The notes beneath the pieces were generated by a model that searched no databases, had not been told where the DNA came from, and worked only from the letters and a program-made list of their open reading frames with translations. From contig NC_068988.1 in assembly GCF_001194135.2 (NCBI RefSeq), positions 77,557,868 to 77,621,841 on the forward strand: a stretch of 63,974 nucleotides of DNA, written 5' to 3'. This DNA is from Octopus bimaculoides (lineage: Eukaryota). A program made the translations under genes and the position numbers. Below are positions 13,655-26,144 of this stretch, one piece after another (the stretch's first letter is position 1; each line of letters opens with the position of its first letter).

Positions 13655-14851
13655 TCAGGTCATACCATAAGTTCTGTCCGATTTTACCTTTTTTAAAATT
13701 GAATGAAATTTAATAGTATTTTAGAATGTCTAATGGAATTTAAAAATATTTTTATGCATTTGTGTACATTTAAACTAATCAAATATTATTTTACAGAATA
13801 AGAGAATTAAAATTTCTTTGATTAAAACCCTTTCTAACATGAAAGTATCCAAAGAGCATTTAAAGCACATAATGCTTTATGAGTACAAAAAAGGAAAGTC
13901 TGCAGCCGAAGTGACTTCAAACATACACTAAGTTTATGGGAAAGAATGCTTGAATGGAAGAACTTGTAGAAGATGGTTTGCAAAATTCAGAAGTGGAGAT
14001 TTCAGCTTCAAAGATGACGATCAAACAGGACATCTAATTGAGTTTGATGTTAAGCTCCTTGAGGCATTACTTGAAGAAAATCCAGCATTATCAGCTGAAG
14101 AATTGGCAATAAAGCTTAGTTCAAACCATACAACTGTTCATCGTCATCTTCAACAACTTGGAAAGGTTCCTAAACTTGGAAAATGAGTGCCTCATGAATT
14201 GTCCGAAAGCAACCGCAAATCCTGAGTTGACATCTGCTCTTCTCTCCATTCTCACGAAATCATTTCACCCTTTTTGGATAGACTTGTGACTGGTAATGAA
14301 AAATGGATCTTCTATCGAAATGTTAAATGTCATAAACAGTGGCTTGGTAAAAGGGAAAAAACTCAACCACAGCTGAGAAGGGAACTTCATGGGAAAAAGG
14401 TTCTTCTCTCTGTCTGGTGAGATTGCAAAGGAGTAATTCACTTTGAATTGTTACCACCTAATGCAATAATCAATGCTCAAGTCTACTGTCAGCAATTAGA
14501 GCATTTAAACCAAGCTTTGAAAAAAAAAAGACCCGTTTTAGTGAATCGNNNNNNNNNNCTTATTCTCCCAACCTTGCTCCTTCAGACTACCATTTGTTTC
14601 ATAGTTTACAGAATCATTTGGGGGACATAACTTTCGCAAGCCAGGAGGAGGTCGAAACTGACATTTCAGAGTTCTTTGCTTTGAAACCAAAAGAGTTTTA
14701 CATTGATGGGATTGAAAATCTTGTAAATAGATAGAAGGAAGTCATAGATAATCAGGGAAAGTACATTGATGATTAAATTTCAATGAAATATAACGTTTCA
14801 TCACTTGTTTGCTTTATTCAAAATTCAGACAGAAATTATGGGATGAATTGA
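13655..14851 (+). mobile_element. mariner (DD34D-type) DNA transposon, full-length decayed copy
   Basis: Imperfect ~30-bp TIRs (TCAGGTCATACCATAAGTTCTGTCCGATTT / AAATTCAGACAGAAATTATGGGATGAATTGA) with TA at the left end; encloses a transposase. Confidence 0.9.
13839..14776 (+). pseudogene. mariner transposase pseudogene
   Basis: HTH (RRWFAKFRSGD), *VPHEL (WVPHEL motif), VTGNEKW, PYSPNLAPSDYHLF; several in-frame stops; 10-N gap at 14549-14558. Confidence 0.9.
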
Positions 14852-15069
14852 TGCATAAAAGTTGTACTTTAAGAAGTGCTGAAATGGTTTAAGGGAATAA
14901 AAGAGTAGGGGAACTGTAGATTTATGCAGTCGGACATTGTTGACATTTACCTCTCTATAACTAAAACTCTGTTAATGAAGGCCATAGATTTTGTTAAAAT
15001 AATCACTGACATTAATGAGTCAGATATTTATGTAATTATCCACTCAAGAAAATCTCTCCTGTTTTTTTT

Positions 15070-16310
15070 ATATTGACACTTGGGTTAAGAAAAGCAGGGA
15101 CAAATTATTCAACATACCCATAGGAGCATATGATGGAGCCCAGGTGATTGGAATTATAGGGCTTCATATTCTAAATTTACTGAGATAAAAATTCCTGAAA
15201 TGGAATGTGGTTTATATCATGATGATGACCTGATTCTATCAAGAAAATGTAATGGTCATAAGTTAGATTTAGAATAAATTTGATTAAAGTATTTCAGATA
15301 ATAGTATTGATATTACTATCCTATTCACCACTAATTTTCATGACAACGTTAAAACTGGATAATGATAGTTTCAGACCACACCACAAACCAAATGAGAAAT
15401 ATATATATGAAGTCAGTCAAATCACACACCTTGTATATGAAGAAATTTGGTTGACAGTACTGGTCAACAGATATCCTCATTATCTTCTGATCAAGATGTT
15501 TTTATGGGAGTAGCTGGGTATCATAAGGAGGCATGAAGAAATAGTGAGTTTTCTGATAAAATTAGACATATATGAAATTCTGGGAACACACAGCATAAGA
15601 AAAGGAACATTTTATGGTACAACTCAGTGTTTAACCTGGAAATAAAAACTAATAAACATAGAGAATTTTTTAATTTAATAGGTCACCATTTTCTGACAGG
15701 ACATATGAATAGTAAAACATTGCACAAGAACTGTGTTGGAGTTATTCAGCTTGCAAGAATTTTAGGTATTATATCAGTGGTTATAATGCCGTGAAGCTGA
15801 ATAGAAGAGAGATGCAAACAACTGCCCAACAAAGATTATACAACTGTAAAATTCATGAGTACTGTCCACTAGATAATAACTGTTTGATAAAGTTGATATA
15901 TACACAGTCCAAACTACAATGGGCTTGTTTTACATGGAACTACAATGGGCTTGTTTTACAGGGAACAGTTGAATTAAACAGTAGTGATGAACCTAAAATA
16001 TATATAAGGGTAATGGAATTCACATTCAAAAACTATTATTACAAACACAAAAAATGTGCTACAGCTTTGACAAAGTTTATATGGTTCTTGCATGAGACAA
16101 GATATTAGGAATTCAAAATTACCTGGTCTATTGTAGATAGTGTGCAACTATACAGGAATGGAAGATCAAGTTAAAAATGTGGTCTGACCTTTGAGTGAAA
16201 AATTGAGGATTTTGAATCAAAGCAATAATAGTTTCAATAGAACTGAACTGAACTGAACTGCTAGTGCCTTGTATGCAAGTAGCAAAGTATCATTTGTATA
16301 ACAACAAGCC
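15070..16310 (+). mobile_element. degenerate Penelope-like element (RT plus GIY-YIG)
   Basis: FNIPIGAYDGAQVIGIIGL, GLYHDDD, FRPHHKPN, EYCPLDNNCLIKLIY, TALTKFIWFL: the characteristic PLE motif order. Confidence 0.85.
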
Positions 16311-16799
16311 TCCTTCAATTTCATTATCATTCAGAGATGTTGGTTTTGAAATGTTTAATTAATAGGTGTTATTGATATATGCTTTATTATGTGTTTATGC
16401 ATATTTATATGTGGATATGTGTATATTTACACATGCATATTTAATTTTGGATATATGTGTATATGAATGGGCAAATGAGTATATGTATGCATCTGCACAA
16501 ACACATGCAAACTGAACACACACGCAGACAATTTTTAAAAACATGAAGAGTATTACTTATATTACTTTAAGACATTACTCAAACAACAATGCAATTTTAT
16601 GACTTTGCATGGAGTTTAAGACATTTATACTATTACCATGTGAACTAGAAATGAAATAAAAAACCATTAGCTTCATGCAGCTGCTTTTGAACATGTTGTT
16701 CACAGAGGTTTAAAAATTTTTTTTTTAACTTAAAGAACATAAGGATAAGTGTTTTCTTCAAACTTTCATTTCATATTTAAAAAAATATTCAGACTGACT

Positions 16800-16888
16800 A
16801 TTTCAAAAGAAAATCAGGTTTGGTTTACCAACTGATGATCAGTAACATAACTCTGGGTACTGGAAAATGAAGACTTTCATATATATTA

Positions 16889-16957
<69 letters not shown>

Positions 16958-17262
16958 TTCAGTAACGACTGCTTTTGATCTTCCATGAGCAAGCAAGATA
17001 CAAATTCTGCTGCAACACTTTTCATTTGTAATTCCTCACACAAAATTATTTGGCAGGAGCTCCAGGACACACCAATCATATCATCAAGCTTGTCACTTGT
17101 TCAGTGATGATCTTGCAAGATCAGTTCATGAATTTTCGTGATGTTTTCATCCGTTCTGTGTGTTGATGGTCGCCCTGAATGAGGTTCGTATTCAAGCAAC
17201 AAGTGACCATGCCTAAAGTGTAAAACGCACTCGTAAATTTGTGTTTTGTTCATGGCAGCATG
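16800..17262 (-). mobile_element. mariner fragment interrupted by (TA)n
   Basis: GVSWSSCQIILCEELQMKSVAAEFVSCLLMEDQK resembles the mariner HTH2-linker motif (MRRV.AKFVPRLL..DQK); (TA)n at ~16878-16955. Confidence 0.75.
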
Positions 17263-17392
17263 TTTTATTATGTGTTTAGGTATATTTATATGTGCATATG
17301 TGTATATTTACACATGCATATTTAATTCTGGATATATGTGTGTGTATGAATGTACTTTTGGGTACCCCTTGTGTATATAATGCACTCCTATG

Positions 17393-17433
<41 letters not shown>

Positions 17434-17437
17434 GCAC

Positions 17438-17863
17438 AGGAGTGGCTGTGTGGTAGGTAGCTTACCAACCACATGGTTCTGGGTTCAGTCCCACTGCATA
17501 GCACCTCGGGCAAGTGTCTTCTACTATAGCCTGAGGCCAACCAAAGCCTTGTGAGTGGATTTGGTAGATGGAAACTGAAAGAAGCCCGTCATATATATAT
17601 GTGTGCGTGAGTGTGTGTGTGTGTGTGTGTGCATGTGTGTGTATATGTTTGTGTATCTGTGTTTGTGTCCCCACCCTAACATTGCTTGATAATCAATGGT
17701 GTGTTTACATCCCTGTAACTTAGCGTTTCAGCAAAAAAAAAACCAATAGAATAAGTACTAGCCTTACAATGAATAAGTCCTGGGATCAGTTTACTCAACT
17801 AAAGGCAGTGCTCCAGCATGGCCACAGTCAAATGACTGAAACAAGTAAAAGAATAAAAGAATA
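17438..17863 (+). mobile_element. tRNA-derived SINE, family A (GTGAGTGGATTTGGTAGA.GGAAACTG core, internal microsatellite)
   Basis: GGAGTGGCTGTGTGG A-box, GGGTTCAGTCCC B-box. Further copies at ~20824-20985, 34258-34572(-), 53155-53465, 55745-55850(-), 56385-57130, 61318-61465 and 62935-63222(-). Confidence 0.85.
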
Positions 17864-17941
17864 CACACACACACGCACACACATACACTTCAAATCATCT
17901 TTAATACAGTTAGTATTCATATTTGTTAATAAACAATATCA

Positions 17942-19783
17942 TCTTAATATATAAAGCTGAAGTTGTGTGTCTGTGTGAAGCCTTTTTAAAAGTTTATAGA
18001 AATCCACATTTTCCACTTTTTCGTAAAACTTTTTACATCAATGGAATTTTCTTGATCTGAACTTTCCAGTGCAGTAATTAGATTTTTAAAATTCCGTTTA
18101 CTTTGTGTGATTTAAGGGAGATTTGGCTGTTGTTTGTAGCAACTTTTATATTTCTTCCCTTCTACTTGGAACAGCGTTCTTACACACGCGCTCAACAGAG
18201 AGAAAAAGTGATACATACAACGTCATAGATTAAACTTTCTTCTCTGTATTCTTTACTTATTTTTCATAACATTGATACGTAAAAACACACACAACCACAC
18301 ATAAGTAATCTGTGACAACAACATACACATTGATCCCGTTCTCTATCTCCCCCTCTTCCTCTCTTCCTCTCTCGCTCTCTCAAACGCATACATACACGTG
18401 CAAGTAAACACAATCATTCACGTTCGTCACTGTGGCATAACTACAGAGTTGTACCCACCGACTTTGGAAGGTCATAACTTTCAGAAAAATGAATATTTTT
18501 TAATGAACTTTTCTATGCATATATTATTTATTATGTAGATTCCGAATATACAAAAATGTTCGGTGAAAGTGTTTTTGGAGGGGGTGTGGGACAACTTTCG
18601 CAAATTCCACTTAAATTCCTCTTAACTTCCAGGAAAATGAAACTTTTTCCGTGAAATTTTCTACAAAAATACCTTGATGTATGTACATTTCGAGCATGTA
18701 GGAATCTTGAAGGAAACAACTGCAGGTTATATTTGAGAAGTGTTCCCCACTCGGTGGTGTTTCGGAGCAAGTCGTCCAAATTTGTTTAATTTTTCTCTAT
18801 TATGTGCATAAGTGCATCCATAGATTTCTAATGAAGTAATAGGCAGTGAAGAGAAGCCGTCATAAGAAGACTTTTAACTACCTCCATTCCTTTCTCCCCC
18901 TCTCTCTACCTCTTCTTCTCTCACTCTCTCAAACGCATACACGTGCAAGTACACAATCATTCAGTAAAATATAACTCATGTTCGTCAATGTTTTGTAAAT
19001 ATACCACGATTTTCACCAGGGTGTTTGGGTTAGGGTTTTAGGGTCAGGCTTAGGGTCTAGGGTTTAGGGTTACGGTTAGGGTTAGGATTAGTGTTACGGT
19101 TTTAGGGTCAGGGTTAGGGTTTAGGGTTAATGTTAGGGTTAGTGTTAGGATTAGGTTTAGGATTAGGGTTGGGTAATCGTGCGGGTGTTAATCTGAAAAA
19201 TTACAGATATGTGAAAAGTACCGACCCTGCCATCTATTATAACTTTTGTTGTTCTGTTTAATATATACATAGATCATGCCTCCAAAGAAGAGAGTTTGTT
19301 GGGGAAAGAAAGCAACCGGTTTAAAATGACAGCAACAGACTGCAGCAATTCACCAAATTCCAGAAGCTATTTTGAATATAATGCAAAATTGTGCATCAAC
19401 ATCTACTGCCCAATCTGATAGAATTCTGGCAGAGCTGTGTAGCAACAGATCACCAGCAATTGCTTCATCACAAATTGCCGTCCTAGTTCTTGCGAAAAGG
19501 GATTACCCTGCTATGTATAATCAGGGCAGCGCAAAAAGTTGTTTTGCACAAGCATTTCTATAGCCAATTAAATGGATGAAATTTACGTACGCTTAATAAT
19601 GTTACGCAAAACAGCCTTCAGACTTTCCCTATTAATTTCATCGTCTTTTGAATTATGAACATATTTACATCATAAGGGTTTTTTCGCTGTAAGGCTTTCT
19701 TTTTTAGTTGATTTTCACCTAGCAAGACTTATCGTAGATGGCGTAATAAGTCACACCCGGACAAGGTCGGGTTATACTGCTAG
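17942..19783 (+). mobile_element. non-autonomous Helitron
   Basis: 5' A|TCTTAATATATAAAGC; 3' hairpin CCCGG-ACAAGGT-CGGG (19756-19771) then TATACTG-CTAG|T; A-T insertion site and no TSD. The 5' boundary is less certain. Confidence 0.7.
19018..19174 (+). repeat. degenerate telomere-like (TTAGGG)n array
   Basis: About 25 TTAGGG-variant hexamers read directly. Confidence 0.9.
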
Positions 19784-20977
19784 TAGTAAATACAGTTATC
19801 TTCTGTATGTTTATTTTAGTGAAAAATTGAGCCCATTTCATTCACATTATTGTCACCCACTTGATGGAAACTGAATGAAAAGGCGTATTGTTTGTTTATA
19901 CATAACATGCAGCTATATACTCAAATATTGTTGCCTACTGAACGAAAGTGAAGCAAAACAAGTTGATATGTAGATATTTGACAACAACAAAATCTTAGCG
20001 TTACTTATGTTAAAGCAATGTGCTCCACTGACTTTGTTTCTTCATGACTTCCAGAAAAATGGATATTTTTAAATAAAATTTTCTACAAAGATGCTTCATA
20101 ACTTTTGGAAAATTGAGTATTTTTAAATGAAATTTCTACTAATGCTTTCCATAATCTGTAAATTACAATTACATCGCAATTTGATGTGAAAAGGAAAATA
20201 GTGACCACACATACATGCATACTGAAACACATCACAACTCTTTTTGAAATTTCAATTTTCCTTCAATAGATATATGTGATGTGTATCAATATGCATGTGT
20301 GCTAACCCACCATTTTTTTTCATTTGGGATGGGGACACTTGTGTAGGTATACCAAGCAATGAAGTATTAACTCTTAGTAGAGCACTGGCAAAGCATGCAG
20401 CAGTTGAAAATATAAAATTCAGCTATGAGATGAAATATTGCAGAGCAGTTATTAGCAGAATGTGCATTTAGTATTGAAAAACAATGATGAATAAATGAAG
20501 AATATTGAATGAAAAAAAAACGAAGAAGAAAATGTAACATAAGTTGTAGTATTAATAGAAGTGGTAGAGATATTTGAGCGTAGAATGTTTACCAAGTAGA
20601 AATTCAAATTACAGGTTACTTGTGTTTGTTCATGCACATAAACTGTAGTCCAGTCACGAACACTTTGCTCCAGCTAGGGCCAGAGGTTACGATTTATCAG
20701 TGCTCATGCATTCCAGTAATACATAAGAAATGTATTTTTAAGAATTTTATCAAAGAAATGTGTGTGTGTATCCGTGTGTGTATCCGTGTGTGTGTTTATA
20801 TATATGTATATATAGATGTGGGGGGGGGGAGCTATGTGGTAAGAAGCTTGCTTCTTAACCACATAGTTATGAGTTCAGTTCTATTGCATGGCACCTTGAG
20901 CAAGTGTCTTTTACTATAGCATTGGGATGACTAAAGCCTTGTTAGTGGGTTTGGTAGACTGAAACTGAAAGAAGCCT

Positions 20978-21018
<41 letters not shown>

Positions 21019-21424
21019 ATATATATATATATATGAATGTATATATGTAATTTGGGGGACTAATGGGTATATGTCAATTAGTGTGTTGAGTTAAGCACAT
21101 TCACAGTTTGGGGTACCTGGTGTCATAATAATAATCGATGAATGAAATGAAAGATAGATGTGGCATTAGTCAAGCAAATGGTACAGCGGGCAAACATCAA
21201 TGTGACTGTGAGAACTCAATATATTTAGCGGGACACCACTTTATGTATACATGTACCTGATGTGACCCAGACTGCACTAATTGATGCAACACAATTGGAT
21301 GCACAACGTCTTACCCATAAAGAACAGTCACAGGAGGGATTGAAACGATCATCACACTGAATAAAGACTAATGCTAAATTCATATTCCACTTCATTCATT
21401 GATTATTATTATTACTATTATTAA

Positions 21425-21843
21425 CCTTCACTTTACTCATTACCAACCCTCACCTTACTGACAGCATCCCTGTACATGGTTTGCACAGCTCTCACTAACC
21501 ACTCATCTATCCCTAGTTTCCTCATTGACCATCAGATAAGGGTTCAGGAGACCCTGTCAAAGGCTTTCTCCATATCAACGAAAGCCAGGTACAGAGGTTT
21601 ATCTTTGGCTAGGAATTTTTCCTGCAACTATCTTACCAGAAATATATCATCAGTGGTGCTTTTCCCTGGCACAAACCCAAACTGCATCTCATCTAGACTG
21701 ACTCACTCACTAATTAGTTGGGCTGTAACCCTCTCTGTGACCTTCATTACCAGATCCAACAACTTGATACCTCTGTAATTATTTGTATCAGCAGTTGACT
21801 ATGGTGCTGCTACACCAGTCATTGGGTACGACTCCTTCATGTA
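21425..21843 (-). mobile_element. inverted RTE RT fragment abutting the longer RTE copy
   Basis: Reverse complement aligns to ~22385-22797 (EMQFGFVPGK, VDMEKAFDRV motifs). Confidence 0.85.
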
Positions 21844-24244
21844 TCAGACTGCCAGACGGGAAGCTAGGCGACAGGTTTCTTTAGTCAGAGGGGAAACAGA
21901 TAAGAAAAAATTGCCAATGTTCTGCGCCGTGAGGACCAAAGACTTGAGCTATTTCGTGTTGCAAGACAGTGTGTGAGAGAGAATCATGATGTTGTGGGAG
22001 AGAAATGTGTTCGCATGGATGATGGTACGCTTGCACTAAACGTGGCTGCAAAGAAAGAGGTATGGAGATACAACTACGAAAGGTTGCTCAATAAAGAGAA
22101 TGAATGGGAGGAAGAGAGTCTGCCGTATGTCGACCCAATAGAGGGACCAGCTATCCGAGTTGACAGNNNNNNNNNNGAATGAATGGGAGGAAGAGAGTCT
22201 GCCGTATGTCGACCCAATAGAGGGACCAGCTATCCGAGTTGACAGTACCATGGTAGATAAAGCAATTAAGAATATGAAGACAGGGAAGGCCCCTGGCCCA
22301 TCAGGATTCACTGCAGAGATGCTCAAAATATCTGGCATTGTCGGCTATAGCCTAGTCACCCGTATTGTTAACCACGTGATATACGAAGGAGTCATACCCA
22401 ATGACTAGTGTAGCAGCACCATAGTCAACTGCTACAAAGGTAAAGGTGATGCTTTAGATACAAATAATTACAGAGGTATCAAGTTGTTAGATCAGGTAAT
22501 GAAAGTCACGGAGTGAGTCATTGCCCAACTAATTAGGGAGTGAGTCAGTTTAGGTGAGATGCAGTTTGGATTTGTGCCAAGGAAAAGCACTACTGATGCT
22601 ATATTTCTGGTAGCCAAGGATAAACCGCTGTACCTGGCTTTCGTTAACATGGAGAAAGCCTTTGACAGGGTCCCCCGATCCCTCATCTGGTGGTCAATGA
22701 GGAAACTAGGGATAGAAGAATGGTTAGTGAGAGCTGTGTGAGCCATGTACAGAGAAGCTGTCAGTAAGATGAGGGTTGGCAATGAGTAAAGTGAAGAATT
22801 CTGGGTAAAGGTAGGGGTCCACCAAGGTGCTGTCCTCAGCCCCCTCCTATTTATCATAGTCCTCCAGTCAATAACAGAGGAATTCAAGATGGGATGCCCC
22901 TGGGAGCTCCTCTATGCTGATGACCTTGCACTAATTGCTGAGTCGCTATCAGAACTAGAGGAGAAGTTTCAGGTGTGGAAGCAAGGACTAGAATCGAAGG
23001 GCCTTAGAGTCAACCTAGCTAAAACCAAAGTCCTAATAAGTAGGAAGGTAGAAAAAACACAAACCCCTTCAGGTAGATGACCCTACTTGATCTGTAGAAA
23101 AGGCATAGGTAGAAACTCTAGTGCAAGCTATGGACACATAAGAGGTGCAGCAATATCAAAGGAAGGTTAACTAGGGAGTTAGTTTTTGTATGTAGCAGAT
23201 GTTCAGGTGCAATAAACACTGTAAATGTGCAGAAAACAACTTCTGCCACATTCCAGTGAGAAAAACTAGATGTAGTTGATAGCTTCCGCTATCTAGGTGA
23301 CCAAGTTAGTAGTGGGGGAGGGTGCGCTGAAAGTGTAGCTGCTAGAATGAGAATAGCCTGGGCAAAGTTCAGAGAGCTCTTACCTCTGCTGGTGACAAAG
23401 GGTCTCTCTCTCAGAGTAAAAGGCAGACTGTAAGACATATGTACGAACAGCCATGCTTCATGGCAGTGAAACATGGGCCGTGACTGCTGAAGACATGCGT
23501 AGGCTCGCAAGGAATGAAGCCAGTATGCTCCGATGGATGTGTAATGTCAATGTTCATACTAGACAGAGTGTAAGTACCTTAATAGAAAAGTTGAGCCTCA
23601 GAAGCATCAGTTGTGGTGTGCAAGAGAGACAATTGCGCTGGTATGGTCATGTGGCGAGAATGGATGAGGATAGTTGTGTGAAAAAGTGCCACACCCTAGC
23701 AGTTGAGGGAACCTGTGGAAGAGGTAGGCCCAGGAAGACCTGAGATGAGGTGGTGAGGCACGAACTTTGAACATTGGGCCTCACCGAAGCGATGACTTCT
23801 GACCGAGACCATTGGAAATATGTTGTGCGTCAGAAGACCCGGCAAGCCAAGTGAGACCTAAATCCAAGGCCTCTGCCAGGGATGTAGCCAGCCCACTTAC
23901 ACGTAACATTCGTTCATTGGACACGAAAATCGGCTTGCAAAGACCTGTTGGGGTAAGCGAAAGCGAAATCGTGATGGCACCTGTGCCCAGCATCACCTTC
24001 CTGGCACTTGTGAAAAGACATTCGAGCGAGACCATTGCCTGTGCCACTGGACTGGCTCCTGCGCAGGTGGCACGTAAAATACACCATTTTGAGCATGGCC
24101 ATTGGCAGTGGCGCCTGACTGGCCTTTGTGCCGGTGGCACGTAAAAGCACCTACTACACTCTCGGAGTGGTTGGCGTTAGGGAGGGCATCCAGCTGTAGA
24201 AACTCTGCCAAATCAGATTGGAGCCTGGTGTAGCCATCAGGTTC
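21844..24244 (+). mobile_element. 5'-truncated RTE LINE: RT pseudogene plus 3' UTR
   Basis: KAPGPSG, QFGFVPRKSTTDAIF, MEKAFDRVPR, VGVHQGAVLSPLLF, LLYADDLALIA, YLGD, LHGSETW, LRWYGHV, GRGRPRKT; stops and frameshifts; ends at the N gap. Confidence 0.95.
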
Positions 24245-24588
24245 NNNNNNNNNNNNNNNNNNNNNNNNNNNNNNNNNNNNNNNNNNNNNNNNNNNNNNNN
24301 NNNNNNNNNNNNNNNNNNNNNNNNNNNNNNNNNNNNNNNNNNNNNNNNNNNNNNNNNNNNNNNNNNNNNNNNNNNNNNNNNNNNNNNNNNNNNNNNNNNN
24401 NNNNNNNNNNNNNNNNNNNNNNNNNNNNNNNNNNNNNNNNNNNNNNNNNNNNNNNNNNNNNNNNNNNNNNNNNNNNNNNNNNNNNNNNNNNNNNNNNNNN
24501 NNNNNNNNNNNNNNNNNNNNNNNNNNNNNNNNNNNNNNNNNNNNNNNNNNNNNNNNNNNNNNNNNNNNNNNNNNNNNNNNNNNNNNNN
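24245..24588. other. assembly gap (others at 28727-28888, 33582-33855, 45473-45574, 46282-47067)
   Basis: N runs. Confidence 1.
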
Positions 24589-25451
24589 TATATACCAGAG
24601 TAAGCTCATAAATGCGAAACAAGGTGGAAAAAAAAGTACTCAAATACCAGAGGTAGAGTAATATGCTTTATTTAAAAGCAGCAAAAATATAACAAAAAAA
24701 GTTTCACATTCCCTTTCATCCAACAGTTTTGTTAGAAAGGGGAGAGAAATGACGATGCAATCAAAACTAATATAAATTAAAAAACATGGATCTGTTTCAT
24801 TGGTTGTTTCAAATAACGATCTTAGGTATGCAATGAACAAAATAAACAAAACAAATGAATTCAATATAGATTCATCCTATTTTTTTAAAAATCAAAGAAA
24901 TCCTTAAATTGAAAAGTGGATTCAAAATTCATATTGTAAATAATTATATTTGAATTATCGCTCAATTAACACATTAAATTAAAATAAAATTTACGCTGCA
25001 TTAAATAAAAAATAAAAATTTTACAAGAGTATATATGCATACTAGACTATCTACAGCATACATATATATACATCAAAATACACAGATGCATACGTACAGA
25101 CAATATATGTATATAGGCATATATTTGTAAAACATAAGTACATGCACGAATACACATGTGTACATATACATATATGCATGCAATCATGCTTGCGTACAAC
25201 TCATTATATATATAGAGATATATATATAAATTATGAGTTAGAGGTTTTGCAACCATCTACAGGATAAATGTATCTGTAGGCACTACTGGTGTATTACCTC
25301 ACTATGTATAGGCCTGTTAACAGTAGTTAACAGGCCTATACAGTAGATATAGGGTTAGCAGTAGTTGGTAATTTAAACGGTAAACCATGGTTTAATATAT
25401 TCAGATTTTTTTTTCTTATCTGAATATATATATATATATATNNNNNNNNNN

Positions 25452-26125
25452 TTTATACTTCCGACATATGTTTCGAAGAAAGCATTGGTATTATTCCTGA
25501 GAGAATAAAATGATGTAAAACAATGCGATTTTCTCATCAGGGGAAAAAAAGAGAAACAAAATACATCAACAAGCCATTTTAACCAAATGATGAAGGGAAT
25601 GCCGGCAAGTTATTATTTTTAAAAACCGTTAATAGATTTTACGTCAAATGCAATTTAGAGAAAGAGAAGGAGGAGAAAGAAAGCAATTAGCAAAAAACCA
25701 AAAGTGGAGAAATGTACTGCAATAGATGAATGGGAATAAAGATTAGAGGCATGGAAATAGATTTATTTAATGGAAATGAAATGTAAGAAGACAGTTAAAG
25801 GTGAAATTTTATAGATTAGTAGAAATTACTTAGAGAAAATAAAGGTATTTTTTGCCAATGTTTGTAACAATAAACACATTCTTTAAACGTGCTTACAAGA
25901 GAATTCTCTAAGAACAGGATGAGATAGTGTTCTTCGTTACAGAGCGGACAAGAAGATTTTCCTTTATCATATGGAAAGGATCTAGATAGTATATTCCATT
26001 CTAAATCAAATTGTTTATTATGTTCCTTCAGAGACCAAATTAATTTACTAAGCCCAGTATTGTTGCATTTATTGATATGTCTAAATATAGAGTAATGGTT
26101 AGATATTCTTTTGGACAACTGAAAT
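25452..26125 (-). mobile_element. Penelope-like GIY-YIG C-terminus plus 3' UTR, inverted relative to the adjacent RT
   Basis: SKRISNHYSIFRH..NNTGLSKLIWSLK..WNIL..PY....CPLCNEE motif. Confidence 0.85.
25458..25546 (-). ncRNA. candidate type I hammerhead ribozyme with extended stem II
   Basis: Minus strand TTTCCC-CTGATGA-GAAAATCGCATTG...CAATGCTTTCTTC-GAAA-CATATG-TC^GGAAG; GUC cleavage triplet and palindromic stem III (ACATATGT). Confidence 0.65.
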
Positions 26126-26144
26126 GAAGAACTACTTATGTAAA

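Noticed and set aside
22098-22245. Exact 69-bp tandem duplication either side of a 10-N gap
   Set aside because: Typical unmerged contig overlap; an assembly artefact rather than biology.
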